The notes beneath the pieces are model-generated. The model saw only the letters and a list, made by a program, of their open reading frames with translations. It was not told the origin of the DNA and ran no database searches. Shown piece after piece: positions 36,952 to 47,293 of a stretch of DNA of 64,000 nucleotides. Both the position numbers and the translations under genes were made by a program. The stretch's first letter is position 1. The number at the start of each line of letters is the position of its first letter. The stretch lies in the sequence record NZ_KX443406.1, one strand, 5' to 3'. Source of the stretch: a plasmid.

Positions 36952-38177
36952 GACCGGTCCTCCGGTGGCCGATCCACCCGCCGCCACGGCACGGGGAGAG
37001 CCTGTCGTCGTGGCTGTACCGGATCGCCGCTGTCTACCAGCTCACCGTGGGTGAGCTGCTCGAACACGACCTCGGCCACCCACCGGTCGATGCAGATGTG
37101 CTCGACCTGGAGCCAGCCGCGGGCCTGCTTGCCGACCTTTCTCGCCGCAGCGGCTTTGACCATGACCGGCTGCATCGGATGAGCGTATCCGGGCACGTTC
37201 CGTGGTTGCTGGACTCACTCGACCCGAACGCCAACGACTTCGACACCTACATACGACAGTTGTCGATCCTGATGCCAACACATCGTCGCGGCCGCGGCGG
37301 CCGGCGACGTCCCGGGCCCGGGTGGCGGCCCTGGCTGCCTACCGAGTCCGGCGTGCGGCGAGCCTGTCCACAGTGTGCTGACGACTCCCATCATCAGCGC
37401 TGGATACTCGCGGCCCGTCTACCACTGCAAGTCAGCTGCCCTACACACCGCTGCCTCTTCGAACCCTGTTTCGGGTACCCAGATCATCTTTACTGGGATA
37501 CCGACGAGCCGCTGCCCCGACCTGTCCCCCCTGCGGTGGTCACCCTCGACCGCTACACCGACCAAGCGTTGACGTCCGGCGTGGTGGCGTTACCCCGCCG
37601 AACCATCCACAGCGGGATGTGGTTTCGGCTGCTCCGCACGCTGATCGACGAGTTGTGCGCACCGATTCACCGCGCGGGCCCGGCGGTCCAGCAGGTGTGG
37701 GCTCGCCGCGGCGGGCGGCCACCGCAGCTGATCTGTCGGCCCTTCGAAGCACTGCCCTGGCCCGCACAGTCCGAACTCCTCACCGTCGCCGCAGACACCA
37801 TCGCCCTGCTGGGGGCGGGCGAGATCATCCCGGACGGGGGCGACGGACACCTGTTTACCCCCGATCGCGTCGGCGATGACTTCCCGTCCGGACGGGCCCG
37901 CCGGAACCAGCACCCCGATCCGAACCACGCTCTGGCACGTCGCATCGACGTCGACCGCGATCGACGTCGAACCGCCCGCGCGCGGATGGACTCCGCGCTC
38001 GGCGACGCGATCGACGAAGCCCGCCGCGACCCGCAGGCTGCCCGCTCCCTGTTCTCCCTCATGCGGCACGGCTGCCGCACCGACCGGGAGATCGAACGAC
38101 TGCTGGCCGTTTTCGACGAACTCGAAATCCCCACCAGCGGTTTTCGAGACGACCTGCCACCCGATCCCTATCTCTGA
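36948..38177 (+). CDS. tniQ: TniQ/TnsD-like target-selection protein
   Basis: N-terminal TniQ block (RWPIHPPPRHGESLSSWLYRIAAVYQL) and Cys4 zinc motif CPQCADDS...CPTHRC; GTG start overlaps the tniB stop. Confidence 0.75.
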   Translation: MRPVLRWPIHPPPRHGESLSSWLYRIAAVYQLTVGELLEHDLGHPPVDADVLDLEPAAGLLADLSRRSGFDHDRLHRMSVSGHVPWLLDSLDPNANDFDTYIRQLSILMPTHRRGRGGRRRPGPGWRPWLPTESGVRRACPQCADDSHHQRWILAARLPLQVSCPTHRCLFEPCFGYPDHLYWDTDEPLPRPVPPAVVTLDRYTDQALTSGVVALPRRTIHSGMWFRLLRTLIDELCAPIHRAGPAVQQVWARRGGRPPQLICRPFEALPWPAQSELLTVAADTIALLGAGEIIPDGGDGHLFTPDRVGDDFPSGRARRNQHPDPNHALARRIDVDRDRRRTARARMDSALGDAIDEARRDPQAARSLFSLMRHGCRTDREIERLLAVFDELEIPTSGFRDDLPPDPYL

Positions 38178-38470
38178 CCGGCGGCTACGACCTAGCCTGC
38201 ATCGGCTTTGACGAGACCCGCACTGGCCGCCGCGGACCAGCGCACACTGAGTTCGCGAGCCGGAACTCGGGACGCGGTACCAGTCACTCGTAGGTTTGTG
38301 TGGGTGCGCGTCGATAAGTGTAGTTATCGCACCGAGTGGCAACAATTTGCCTGCTCCAGGCGTCTTCTGATGAATCTCGGTTCGTCCAGGTCTCCCTTGG
38401 CAGCTACGCATGAACCGGCGGGTGACCTTGCCCCGAATCTGCAGCCCGCACTGTCCCGAATGAGCACCGT

Positions 38471-38746
38471 TCACGGATCGATGGACACTGCGCCGTGCAG
38501 TTTCTCGAGTACGACGTCGAGTGCATCGGAGAGCCACTCACTTTCGGCCCTGGCCAGTAACTCGTCCCCGCCTGAAGTACGCGCGCGAAGCTGCACCGAC
38601 CATCCGCCCGCGGCATCGGGGTCTTCGTGGCGGACTTTCGAAACCTGCGTTGCTAGAAGGTATCGATTGCACTCGAACTCCACACAGATTGCCGACGAGT
38701 CACCCCAATCGACAACGTTCGCCGGATGATGCGTTGCTGCGGTCAA
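38471..38746 (-). CDS. Hypothetical protein (91 aa)
   Basis: ORF track only. Confidence 0.25.
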   Translation of the reverse strand: MTAATHHPANVVDWGDSSAICVEFECNRYLLATQVSKVRHEDPDAAGGWSVQLRARTSGGDELLARAESEWLSDALDVVLEKLHGAVSIDP

Positions 38747-38993
38747 GCCCCTGGTAGTGGTGTAACTGTTTTGTGATCCTTCGTTGGTGGTCAGGCGGGT
38801 AGTTGCATCAGGTCATCGGTGCTCACCTCCGTCGCCTGGCTCGGGTCGGTGTCGGTGGTCAGGGTGAGTCGGCAGCGGCCCAGGACTTCCAGGCCGAGGT
38901 ATCGGCGGCCTTGAAGCCCATTCGTCGCTCTGCTCGGCCAGCACGGCGCCGATCAGGCGCACGATGGCGTCCCGGTTGGGGAAGATCCCGACG
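38741..38993 (-). mobile_element. Truncated IS256-family copy (terminal about 250 bp: IR + 3' end of tnp)
   Basis: Identical to 44944-45196 of the complete copy, then diverges. Confidence 0.8.
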
Positions 38994-39478
38994 ACAGAAC
39001 TGCGCCGCCGGGCATCTCGCTACGGGGCATAGCGGATTGCTTGTCCTGGGGGCCGGACCATTCGTTCTGGAAAGAGAACATGATCTCCAAGTATTCTTTG
39101 CCGCTATAACTGGAAAGGATCATCTCTTCGGTCCAATCTCCTCGGTGAGAGATCCGGCGGTAATGTCAATTCTCAGAGATTAAATGTGCTCGATAATTTG
39201 ATCTAGTAAACGAATTCAGAATAACTATTGCTCGCCCCTTCCCTGAGTGGCTGCGGCCGTGCTACCTTCCTGTGGCCGGCGACAACGGCGCATGTCACGG
39301 GTATGGAGATGTAGGTGGGGGCAGAAAGTGAAGCTATTCAATAAGCACAGTTCGGGCAATGTCAGGATCGGCACGAATGTGCCTCCGGGGGAATGCGCTA
39401 ACGGGACGTGGATAAAAGCAGATGATGCTACTCGGGGCCCGAGGGTGACTCTGATTGGCCCCAGAAAGGCGGCCTGAA

Positions 39479-40282
39479 ATGACCACCAACTTTGACATCA
39501 CCTGTGACGCGGATAACGTGGCTGACAAGCTCGAGTCGTCGGCAGCACTGCTGGAATGGCTCAGCGGGGAGCTCGGACGGCGATCGCGCGCCTGCCGCTC
39601 CAGTGGGTCGGCCGAAGGTGGTCCTCGTGACCAGGCTGTGTGGGCAGAAGCGGCCCGGAGGCGCGGGCGGATCGCTGGCCAGGTGGCGCAGGTGGCAGGA
39701 CTGGTAGGCCTGGCTATCCGGCAGGTCAACGTGCACGGAGACCTCGGCATCGCATGGATCCTGCTCGAGCAGTCGCGGCAACAGCTGGGGCACGCCTGGG
39801 TCACGGCCGGAGCTTCCGGAGAAACCATTGCGGGTGACGACCCCGATGTTGACCCAGAAGTGCAGTCGCACGCTCTGCTGACGTTCTTCTTGCAGCGCGA
39901 TCTGATGCCGTGGCCCGGAGATGCTCCTCAGGTGGTCGACTTCGGGGTCGGGAACGGTGTCATTCCGGACTTCCGCCCCGACGCCCCGGTGGAGATGGTG
40001 TCTCTTCAGCTACTCGCCGACGCGGCGATGACCTTCCGTGCCGGACACGTTGTCGATGACATCTCGGACCGCGTGATGTCGATGGCTTTCGGGGAACACG
40101 TGTGGGCCATCCTGGACCTGGCTATGGACCTGCTCGAGTTCACCGCGGACGACGACGACGATGCCTGCCGGCCAGATGCGCTCGTCGACACAGGGCGGGA
40201 AGCGGCGCACCTGACGAGTGGGGCTTTTCGGCCGGCATGGCGGGTGTTCACCGGGCCCGCCGGCTTCCCGGACGCTGCCTGA
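39479..40282 (+). CDS. Hypothetical acidic protein
   Basis: ORF track; start at MTTNF with an AAAGG RBS; an AT-rich promoter-like region lies upstream (39180-39250). Confidence 0.4.
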   Translation: MTTNFDITCDADNVADKLESSAALLEWLSGELGRRSRACRSSGSAEGGPRDQAVWAEAARRRGRIAGQVAQVAGLVGLAIRQVNVHGDLGIAWILLEQSRQQLGHAWVTAGASGETIAGDDPDVDPEVQSHALLTFFLQRDLMPWPGDAPQVVDFGVGNGVIPDFRPDAPVEMVSLQLLADAAMTFRAGHVVDDISDRVMSMAFGEHVWAILDLAMDLLEFTADDDDDACRPDALVDTGREAAHLTSGAFRPAWRVFTGPAGFPDAA

Positions 40283-40432
40283 GTCGCTTCTTGTGGGCCG
40301 ATGAACGCAGCAAGGACTCCTGGGGTCCGGCAGCGTCCTCGGCGTCCCGGACCCGCTTTCACCACGGTATCCGGTCGTCGTCCGACATCTGGGCGCATGG
40401 CCCGCGGCCGTCGCCGGTGGAGCCGAGGCGGC

Positions 40433-41146
40433 TCAGGCTGCCGGCCCCACGGATCGAACACTGGATATTTCGGGCAGGGGCAGCCGGCAGAGGCGATGGG
40501 CTTCCTCCGCCGGAACGCCGAACGCGCGGAGGACGTCCTCGGCCATCCCGTCGGTCGCCTCCGCGTCGTCACGTTCGGGTTGATCGTGCAGTAGCTGGCC
40601 GAGACCGATCGTCGCTCCGGCGGCGAGCGCGAGGGCGACCTGCGGGTCACGGATGGTGAAACGTCCTGAGGCGGCGGCCGCTTCGATGTCCCGCAGCGCA
40701 CGCGGCGCCAGTCCACGGTCCGCCATGACCAGCGATGATCTGTGGGCGAGTAGGACACGGCAGAGTTCGGGCTCGATCCGGTGCAATCTGCCCGTGACCC
40801 GGAACGAGAACGCGAAGACCTCGGCAGGATCTTCAATGGCCCCGGTGAGCTCATCGAGCAGGTTGCCATGGGCTTCCAACGCGTCGTCGACCGCTGCTCG
40901 GAACAGTTGTTCCTTGCTGTCGAAATGGTTGTAGAAGGACCCCATCCCCACGTCCGCAGCCTGGGTGATCTCGAGGACGGGGACGTTCAGCTTGCCTTGG
41001 GCGATCAGTGACTGGGCCGCACGGATCAGCGCCGCGCGTGTACGCGCCTTGCGCAGTTCGAGACGACTCGCTTTGTCTCCGTCGCTGCTGGTCACCACAC
41101 GTCTCCGTCCTCCGTCACGCAACCTCCTCAACGTAGCACTCGCCAC
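40433..41146 (-). CDS. TetR/AcrR-family transcriptional regulator
   Basis: RAALIRAAQSLIAQGKLNVPVLEITQAADVGMGSFYNHFDSKEQL is a canonical TetR HTH. It is divergent from the catabolic operon, and the intergenic region has TTCTGACG...CGTCAGAA inverted repeats. Confidence 0.8.
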   Translation of the reverse strand: MASATLRRLRDGGRRRVVTSSDGDKASRLELRKARTRAALIRAAQSLIAQGKLNVPVLEITQAADVGMGSFYNHFDSKEQLFRAAVDDALEAHGNLLDELTGAIEDPAEVFAFSFRVTGRLHRIEPELCRVLLAHRSSLVMADRGLAPRALRDIEAAAASGRFTIRDPQVALALAAGATIGLGQLLHDQPERDDAEATDGMAEDVLRAFGVPAEEAHRLCRLPLPEISSVRSVGPAA

Positions 41147-41230
41147 TCAGTTCTGACGATTTCGTCAAAACACTTGACTGACGAACCGTTCGCAAGTGAC
41201 GATAACGTCAGAACGTGAGGAGTAGCACAG

Positions 41231-42364
41231 ATGAGTGAAGGCGCCGGCACGCATGCCGGATTGCACAGCGAGCAGGGCGGTCTCCGAGGCGAACACCCTG
41301 GACGTGCGACAAATCCGGTCATCAAGGTCCGCGATCTCGCCTGGCTGGAATTCGAGAAGCCCGATCTCGTCGCCGCCGAGGCGTTCTCCGCGGCATTCGG
41401 TTTCTCGACCGCTGTCCGCACAGAAGACGAGCTGTACCTGCGCGGCACCGATGGCGGGGCGCCGTGTGTGATCATCAGAAAAGGGACGCGGTCGGCCTTT
41501 GTCGGTGCCGCGCTTCTCGCTGCCGATACCGCGGACGTACTCCGCCTGGCGGAGGCGACGGGACGCGCGATCCGGCCGCTGCCGGACGTCGTGGGCGGCG
41601 TCGGGGTTGATCTCACCGACCCGAGCGGCACATCAGTGCGAGTCGTCGCGGATATGCACACGCTGCCGGAACTGGAAGGCCAACAACCACACTCGTTCAA
41701 CTTCGGGCACACCGTCGAGCGCGTCAACCGCACACAGCGACCACCCCGGGGGCCAGCCCGGGTCCAACGCCTCGGTCATCTGGTTCTGCAGAGCACCAAG
41801 TACCTCGAGACGCTGAACTGGTACCTCCGGCATCTGGGACTGATCGTCAGCGACTTTCTGTACTACCCCGGCCAGCGTGATCGCGGCCCCGTCATGAGCT
41901 TCATGCGCTGCGACCGCGGCGCAGAACCGACCGACCACCACACTCTCGCCCTGGTGCTCGGCCCCTCCGATCGATACGTGCATTCCGCGTACCAGGTCAG
42001 CGACCTCGACGCCTTGGCCGCAGGTGGTGAGCACCTCCTCGATCTCGGATACCGCCGATCCTGGGGGATCGGCCGACACATCCAGGGCAGCCAGATCTTC
42101 GACTACTGGCGCGACCCCGACGGCTTCCTCGTCGAACATTTCAGTGACGGTGACCTGTTCGACAGCACACTCGAACCGGGCTGGGCCCCGATGAGCGCGT
42201 CAGGGCTCGTCCAGTGGGGCCCGCCGGCGACGAGGGATTTCCTCGGCGTCGCTCCCGGTCGGGATTCGCTCCACGAGCTCCGCGCGATGATCCACGCGCT
42301 CCGCACCGACAACGAATTCGACGCCCACCGCCTTCGCGGCCTACTGAAAGTCCCGACCACATGA
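41231..42364 (+). CDS. VOC-family (glyoxalase-fold) two-domain protein, extradiol-dioxygenase-like
   Basis: Two beta-alpha-beta-beta-beta modules (GHLVLQSTKYLETLNWYLRHLGL..., HHTLALV..., GIGRHIQGSQIFDYWRDPDGFLVEHF). Confidence 0.5.
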   Translation: MSEGAGTHAGLHSEQGGLRGEHPGRATNPVIKVRDLAWLEFEKPDLVAAEAFSAAFGFSTAVRTEDELYLRGTDGGAPCVIIRKGTRSAFVGAALLAADTADVLRLAEATGRAIRPLPDVVGGVGVDLTDPSGTSVRVVADMHTLPELEGQQPHSFNFGHTVERVNRTQRPPRGPARVQRLGHLVLQSTKYLETLNWYLRHLGLIVSDFLYYPGQRDRGPVMSFMRCDRGAEPTDHHTLALVLGPSDRYVHSAYQVSDLDALAAGGEHLLDLGYRRSWGIGRHIQGSQIFDYWRDPDGFLVEHFSDGDLFDSTLEPGWAPMSASGLVQWGPPATRDFLGVAPGRDSLHELRAMIHALRTDNEFDAHRLRGLLKVPTT

Positions 42365-43299
42365 GCATCTCCGTCCTCCGCACCGCCGACAACTGGTGGG
42401 TCAAGACCCCCTCCGGTGCCGCCAGAGTGGACACCGCGGCCACCACCACTGCCGAACTCGTCCGTGACCGTGCCGCGATCGACGCCGCGGCCAGCACCGG
42501 TGAGGTCGTTCCGGTCGAGAGTCTCGACCTGGTCGCCCCCGTGACCGCTCCCTGCCGGGTGGTTGCGCAGATGACGAACTTCGCATCCCATGTGAAGGAC
42601 TCGGGACTGAACCCCGAGACCATCCCACTCACGTTCTTCCGGAAGGCCTCCGGGTCCATCAACGGGCCGTTCGACGACGTGGTCAAACCCGCACACGTCA
42701 GACTTCTCGACTACGAGATCGAGATCGGACTCGTCCTCGGCGAGACGGTGCCGGTCGGCACGGTCATCACTGACGAGAACGTCGCCGACGTCGTCGCCGG
42801 GCTGGTCATCGTCAACGATGTCTCCGCGCGTGACGTACAACTGCCGAAAACCCAGTTCTACGAGGCCAAGTCCTATCCCACATTCACCCCCGTGGGCCCT
42901 GAGCTCGTCCTGCTCGACGAGGGAGACTTCGCACGTTTCACCGACCTTCGCCTGGTCCTGCGGGTCAACGGCGAGGTCCGCCAGGACATGACGATCGGGT
43001 CGGACATGATCTACCGTCCCGCGAAGGCACTGCAGGCCTTGTCGACGTTCCAGCGACTCGACGCCGGCGACCTGGTCTTGACCGGCACCCCCGGCGGTAC
43101 CGCACTGACCGCCCCGCCCAAGCCCATCGAGATGATCGGCTCTCTGCTGCCGCCCGCGCTGAAGTGGAAGAGCTTCTTCAGAGCCCAGGCCAGGAATCCG
43201 AAGTACTTGAACGACGGCGACCTTCTCGAGTTGTCGGCCGCCACCGGGGACGGGACGCTCGACCTCGGGATCCAGCGCACGAAAGTGCGGTATTCCTGA
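42361..43299 (+). CDS. Fumarylacetoacetate-hydrolase (FAH) family protein
   Basis: KSYPTFTPVGPELV...LVLRVNGEVRQDMTIGSDMIYRPA...GDLVLTGTPGG FAH blocks; ATGA coupling to the upstream gene. Confidence 0.7.
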   Translation: MSISVLRTADNWWVKTPSGAARVDTAATTTAELVRDRAAIDAAASTGEVVPVESLDLVAPVTAPCRVVAQMTNFASHVKDSGLNPETIPLTFFRKASGSINGPFDDVVKPAHVRLLDYEIEIGLVLGETVPVGTVITDENVADVVAGLVIVNDVSARDVQLPKTQFYEAKSYPTFTPVGPELVLLDEGDFARFTDLRLVLRVNGEVRQDMTIGSDMIYRPAKALQALSTFQRLDAGDLVLTGTPGGTALTAPPKPIEMIGSLLPPALKWKSFFRAQARNPKYLNDGDLLELSAATGDGTLDLGIQRTKVRYS

Positions 43300-43329
43300 T
43301 GGCCACCGCAGCGCGATGCCGGTGATCGC

Positions 43330-44865
43330 ATGACCCGGACGCACTACCCGGTCGTCGTCGTGGGAGCCGGCCCGACAGGCATGACCGTGGGAACCCTGCT
43401 GGCCCGCTACGGGATCGACACCCTGATCCTCGACCGGTGGGACGGCATCTACCCGCTGCCACGCGCGGTCCACCTCGACGACGAGGTGTACCGGATCATC
43501 GCCCGCCTCGGTCTGGCTGACGAGTTCGCCGGAATCGCGCGCCCGGCGTCGGGCCTGCGCCTGGTCAACCGCGACCTGACGACGCTGCGGGAGTTCCGGC
43601 GCGAAGCCGCGAACAGTCCGCACGGGTTCCCCCAGGCCAACTTGTTCGACCAACCGGAATTCGAGCACATACTCCGTACGGGCCTGGCACGGCACGAGTC
43701 CGTCACGATCGCAGGCGGCAGGCAGGTGACGGGCGTCGCGCACACCCGCGGCGGCGCCCGGGTCGACTACATCGACCGCGTCTCCGGCACGCGAGGATTC
43801 GTCCATGCCGACTACGTCCTGGGGTGCGACGGCGCGAACAGCATCATCCGGTCCGCCATCGGCTCACAGATGCAGGACCTGGGATTCGAGCAACGGTGGC
43901 TCGTGGTCGACATCGCCACCGACAGGGAACTCGGGCACTGGGAAGGAGTGCACCAGGTCTGCGATCCGGTTCGGGCCGCGACGTACATGAGGATCGGTGA
44001 CAGCCGCCACCGCTGGGAGTTCCGACTGCACGACGGCGAGACCGCCGGCAGTTTCCCCACGCTCGAGAGCCTGCACTCGCTGCTGTCGCCGTGGATCGAG
44101 AACGTCGACACAGGGGATCTCGAGCTCATCCGTGTCGCCGACTACACGTTCCGCGCCCAGATCGCCGACCGGTGGCGAGACCGGCGGGTGTTTCTCCTCG
44201 GCGATGCCGCCCACTTGACGCCACCGTTCATCGGCCAGGGAATGGGCGCCGGAATCCGGGACGGCGCGAATCTGGCCTGGAAACTGGCCGGCGTTCTCGA
44301 TGGCACCCTGCCTGAATCGAGCCTGGACAGCTACCAGCTCGAGCGAAAGCCCCACGCTGCATTCATGGTCCGACTCGCCCTGGCACTCGGATGGGCCATG
44401 ACCGCCGGCGGCGAACTCGGCCATATGGCGCGGCGGCAACTCGTCCCCCTGGCGGTGAAGGTCCCCTCGATCGGCGCGAAGATCACCACAGGTGTCACCC
44501 CGGCCCTGCGGAGCTCACCCTTCGTCCACCGCCGCGCACTGCGCCGGGGGCTTTCCGGGACCCTGTGCCCTAACCCGGTTCTCGCCGACGGGCTGAGCGT
44601 GGACGACATCGCGCCCGATCGATTCCTGGTCGTGACATCCGTCGACCCCACCGACGACCAACGCTTCGAGATCGAGCGCCGCGGAGCATGTGTCGTGCAC
44701 GCGCCGCCCGGATCGGCCCTCGGCCACTGGCTCGACCGTGGGCACGCCACCGCCGCGATCGTCCGCCCCGACCGCACGGTCATGGCCGCCACCCGCTCGT
44801 TGGCGGGCCTGTACACAGCGCTACCGACGTTCACCCCCGATGCACTGCCAGGAGGCACCAGATGA
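43330..44865 (+). CDS. FAD-dependent aromatic-ring hydroxylase (MhpA/PheA-family monooxygenase)
   Basis: VVVVGAGPTGMTVGTLLARYG Rossmann GxGxxG; GCDGANSIIR; LLGDAAHLTPPFIGQGMGAGIRDGANLAWKL. Confidence 0.75.
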   Translation: MTRTHYPVVVVGAGPTGMTVGTLLARYGIDTLILDRWDGIYPLPRAVHLDDEVYRIIARLGLADEFAGIARPASGLRLVNRDLTTLREFRREAANSPHGFPQANLFDQPEFEHILRTGLARHESVTIAGGRQVTGVAHTRGGARVDYIDRVSGTRGFVHADYVLGCDGANSIIRSAIGSQMQDLGFEQRWLVVDIATDRELGHWEGVHQVCDPVRAATYMRIGDSRHRWEFRLHDGETAGSFPTLESLHSLLSPWIENVDTGDLELIRVADYTFRAQIADRWRDRRVFLLGDAAHLTPPFIGQGMGAGIRDGANLAWKLAGVLDGTLPESSLDSYQLERKPHAAFMVRLALALGWAMTAGGELGHMARRQLVPLAVKVPSIGAKITTGVTPALRSSPFVHRRALRRGLSGTLCPNPVLADGLSVDDIAPDRFLVVTSVDPTDDQRFEIERRGACVVHAPPGSALGHWLDRGHATAAIVRPDRTVMAATRSLAGLYTALPTFTPDALPGGTR

Positions 44866-44947
44866 CGCGCTCGACACCGGCCCGCTCGCCCCGCTACCTC
44901 GTCCTCGGTCTCGGTCTCGCTGCAGCGCTACCGATATCCCTCGCCCC

Positions 44948-46393
44948 GGCCGCCGGTCAAGCCCCTGGTAGTGGTGTAACTGTTTTGTGATCCTTCGTTG
45001 GTGGTCAGGCGGGTAGTTGCATCAGGTCATCGGTGCTCACCTCCGTCGCCTGGCTCGGGTCGGTGTCGGTGGTCAGGGTGAGTCGGCAGCGGCCCAGGAC
45101 TTCCAGGCCGAGGTATCGGCGGCCTTGAAGCCCATTCGTCGCTCTGCTCGGCCAGCACGGCGCCGATCAGGCGCACGATGGCGTCCCGGTTGGGGAAGAT
45201 CCCGACGACATCGGTGCGGCGGCGGATCTCGCGGTTGAGCCGTTCGGTGGGGTTGTTAGACCAGATCTGGCGCCACACGTCGTCGGGGAAGACGGTGAAC
45301 GCCAGCAGGTCCTCGCGGGCGTCGCCGAGGTGATCGGCCACGTCGGGCAGCCGGCCTTCGGTGTACTCCAGCAGCCGGTCGAACTGAGCATTGACGGCTT
45401 CCGCGGTGGGCTGGTCGTAGACGCTGTGCAGCATCGCCTTCACGGCCGGCCACATGGACTTGGGACACACTGCCATCAGGTTCGCCGAGTAGTGGGTGCG
45501 GCAGCGCTGCCACGCCGCTCCCGGCAGGTTCGCCGCGATCGCCTCCACCAGGCCGGCGTGGGCATCGGAGGTCACCAGCCTCACCCCACCGAGGCCGCGG
45601 GCGACCAGGTCGGCGAAGACGGTGTTCCACGAGGCCTTGGTCTCGCTGGTGGCCCCCTGCATCCCCAGCACCTCGCGGTGGCCGTCTCCGTTGACGCCGG
45701 TGGCCAGCAGCACCGAGGCCTTGACGACCTGCTTGTTCTCCCGGACCTTGATCGTCAACGCATCGGCGGTGACGAAGGTGAACGGGCCGGCCTCATCCAG
45801 GCGGCGATGGCGGAAGGCGGCGACCTGCTCGTCGAGGTCTTGGGTCATGCGGGAGACCTGCGACTTGGACAGCGAGTCGATGCCCAGGGTCTTGACGAGC
45901 TTGTCCATGCGGCGGGTGGAGACCCCGGCGAGGTAGCAGTCGGCCACGACGGTGATCAGGGCCGACTCGGCCCGCTTGCGGCGCTCCAGAAGCCACTCCG
46001 GGAAATAAGAACCCGAGCGCAGCTTCGGGATCGCGACGTCGACGGTGCCCACGCGGGTGTCCAGCGGTCGGTGGCGGTAGCCGTTGCGGTAGTTAGTGCG
46101 CTCAGCCGAGCGGGCGTTCCACTCGGCCCCGCACACGGCGTCGGCGTCCGCGGACAGCAGGGCGTTGATCATGGTCTGCAGCAGCTCGCGCATCAAATCC
46201 GGAGATGCATCAGCCAGGGCTTGGCCAAGTAGGCCTGCAGGGTCGACAATATGGGGTGCGGTCATCGTGATGACTCCTCGAGGATTCTTTAGACGGTTGA
46301 CTCGAAGGATCACACGGTGGCCGCTCTACATCCGTCCCGACACGGTTGACGGGCACGATCTCGGCCACCGAGTTACACCACTCTATGGGGCAC
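44948..46393 (-). mobile_element. IS256-family insertion sequence (complete, about 1.45 kb)
   Basis: Terminal inverted repeats GCCCCTGGTAGTGGTGTAACTG / CAGTTACACCACTCTATGGGGC; single transposase gene. Confidence 0.8.
45027..46265 (-). CDS. IS256/IS1081-like mutator-family transposase; C-terminal frameshift near 45125
   Basis: Start ATG 46265 with a GAGGAG RBS; the conserved ...AEQSDEW then [11 protein letters not shown] continues in the +1 frame. Probably a pseudogene or needs a frameshift. Confidence 0.8.
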   Translation of the reverse strand: MTAPHIVDPAGLLGQALADASPDLMRELLQTMINALLSADADAVCGAEWNARSAERTNYRNGYRHRPLDTRVGTVDVAIPKLRSGSYFPEWLLERRKRAESALITVVADCYLAGVSTRRMDKLVKTLGIDSLSKSQVSRMTQDLDEQVAAFRHRRLDEAGPFTFVTADALTIKVRENKQVVKASVLLATGVNGDGHREVLGMQGATSETKASWNTVFADLVARGLGGVRLVTSDAHAGLVEAIAANLPGAAWQRCRTHYSANLMAVCPKSMWPAVKAMLHSVYDQPTAEAVNAQFDRLLEYTEGRLPDVADHLGDAREDLLAFTVFPDDVWRQIWSNNPTERLNREIRRRTDVVGIFPNRDAIVRLIGAVLAEQSDEWASRPPIPRPGSPGPLPTHPDHRHRPEPGDGGEHR

Positions 46394-47293
46394 TACTGTT
46401 GCTGCCGCCATTGCAACCAGCGCATCTCGCCAAGCGGGCGCTACACGCGAATGGGGTATGGACAAGTGTGTGCCTACTTCCGACTCGTATGCTTCGAAGA
46501 TCGCATTCAGAGGCCGCTGAGGAACGTATCTCCCACGACTTCCTTCCACTATTCCCCGTTGCACCCTGAGTTGATGTGCTCGATCGAGTGACCCGTCTGT
46601 TAGACGCTCGAAGGGCGCCTATCCGGTCACTGATGTGACATAGGTCACCCTCGAAGGGGTTGGGATCACTTCACGGTGTCCCTACTCGAGTCAGCCGACT
46701 CGGTGCCTGCCGGAGTGCCTAATCCGCAGGGTGGTAGCTATCGCACCGCGGCGTCTACATCGGACGTCTATCGATCCTCTGAGATCTGTCGTTGTGGGCA
46801 CTGACTGCTACCTGGGTCTCGGCGCTAGTGAAATATGCCGGGTCGTCTATTGCCGTCATTGCGGCGGTGAGGGCGGCGGGTTGGAACGAGGCGCTGACCG
46901 TATGGGTCTGGGCAGGGTCGATTGGCGACCGTGTACGTCGAGTTCGAGAATCTGGTCTGGTTCCACCAGTTCGAAGTAGCGAGGATCAGGGTTGGTCCGT
47001 GCTGCGACAATGTCGCCGTAGCCGATCCGCCGAGTCGGGTTGCCGAGGTGGACTCGTTCGTGCGTGCCGATGAATCGGAAATGAGGCATGGCGCTTATCC
47101 CTGTCTACGTTCCTGATGCCGTGACCAAGATCGGCCACCCTGCGACATGCCTCCCGATCCCGCCACGGTTTCCGTGATGCCTACTTAAGAAGATTAGCAA
47201 TCATGGACGATGGATGGAACCGGCAGCGCCGTTCGACGTAGCATCAGTTCGATCTCGACTCAAGCATCGATGCCGGCCCAGTCAGCTAACGCG

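Larger units (their letters stand above)
34290..38385 (+). mobile_element. Tn402/Tn5053-family (Tn7-like) tniA-tniB-tniQ transposition module; boundaries approximate
   Basis: Gene order and overlaps (TGA/ATG, GTGA). CAGAAG/CTTCTG repeats at 34297-34318 and CGTCTTCTGA at 38360-38369 resemble the CAGAAGACG core of Tn402-type terminal repeats. Confidence 0.55.

Noticed and set aside
38803-39183. ORF identical to 45017-45238 ([17 protein letters not shown]...)
   Set aside because: Both are antisense to the 3' end of the IS256 transposase; the identity simply reflects the repeated IS segment.
42103-43806. 567-aa minus-strand ORF across the FAH and monooxygenase genes
   Set aside because: Antisense to two well-supported genes; no motifs.
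46396-47290. ORFs 46856-47089(-) and 46731-46979(+)
   Set aside because: Short, overlapping, ending in low-complexity tails; possible gene remnants next to the IS but not assignable.
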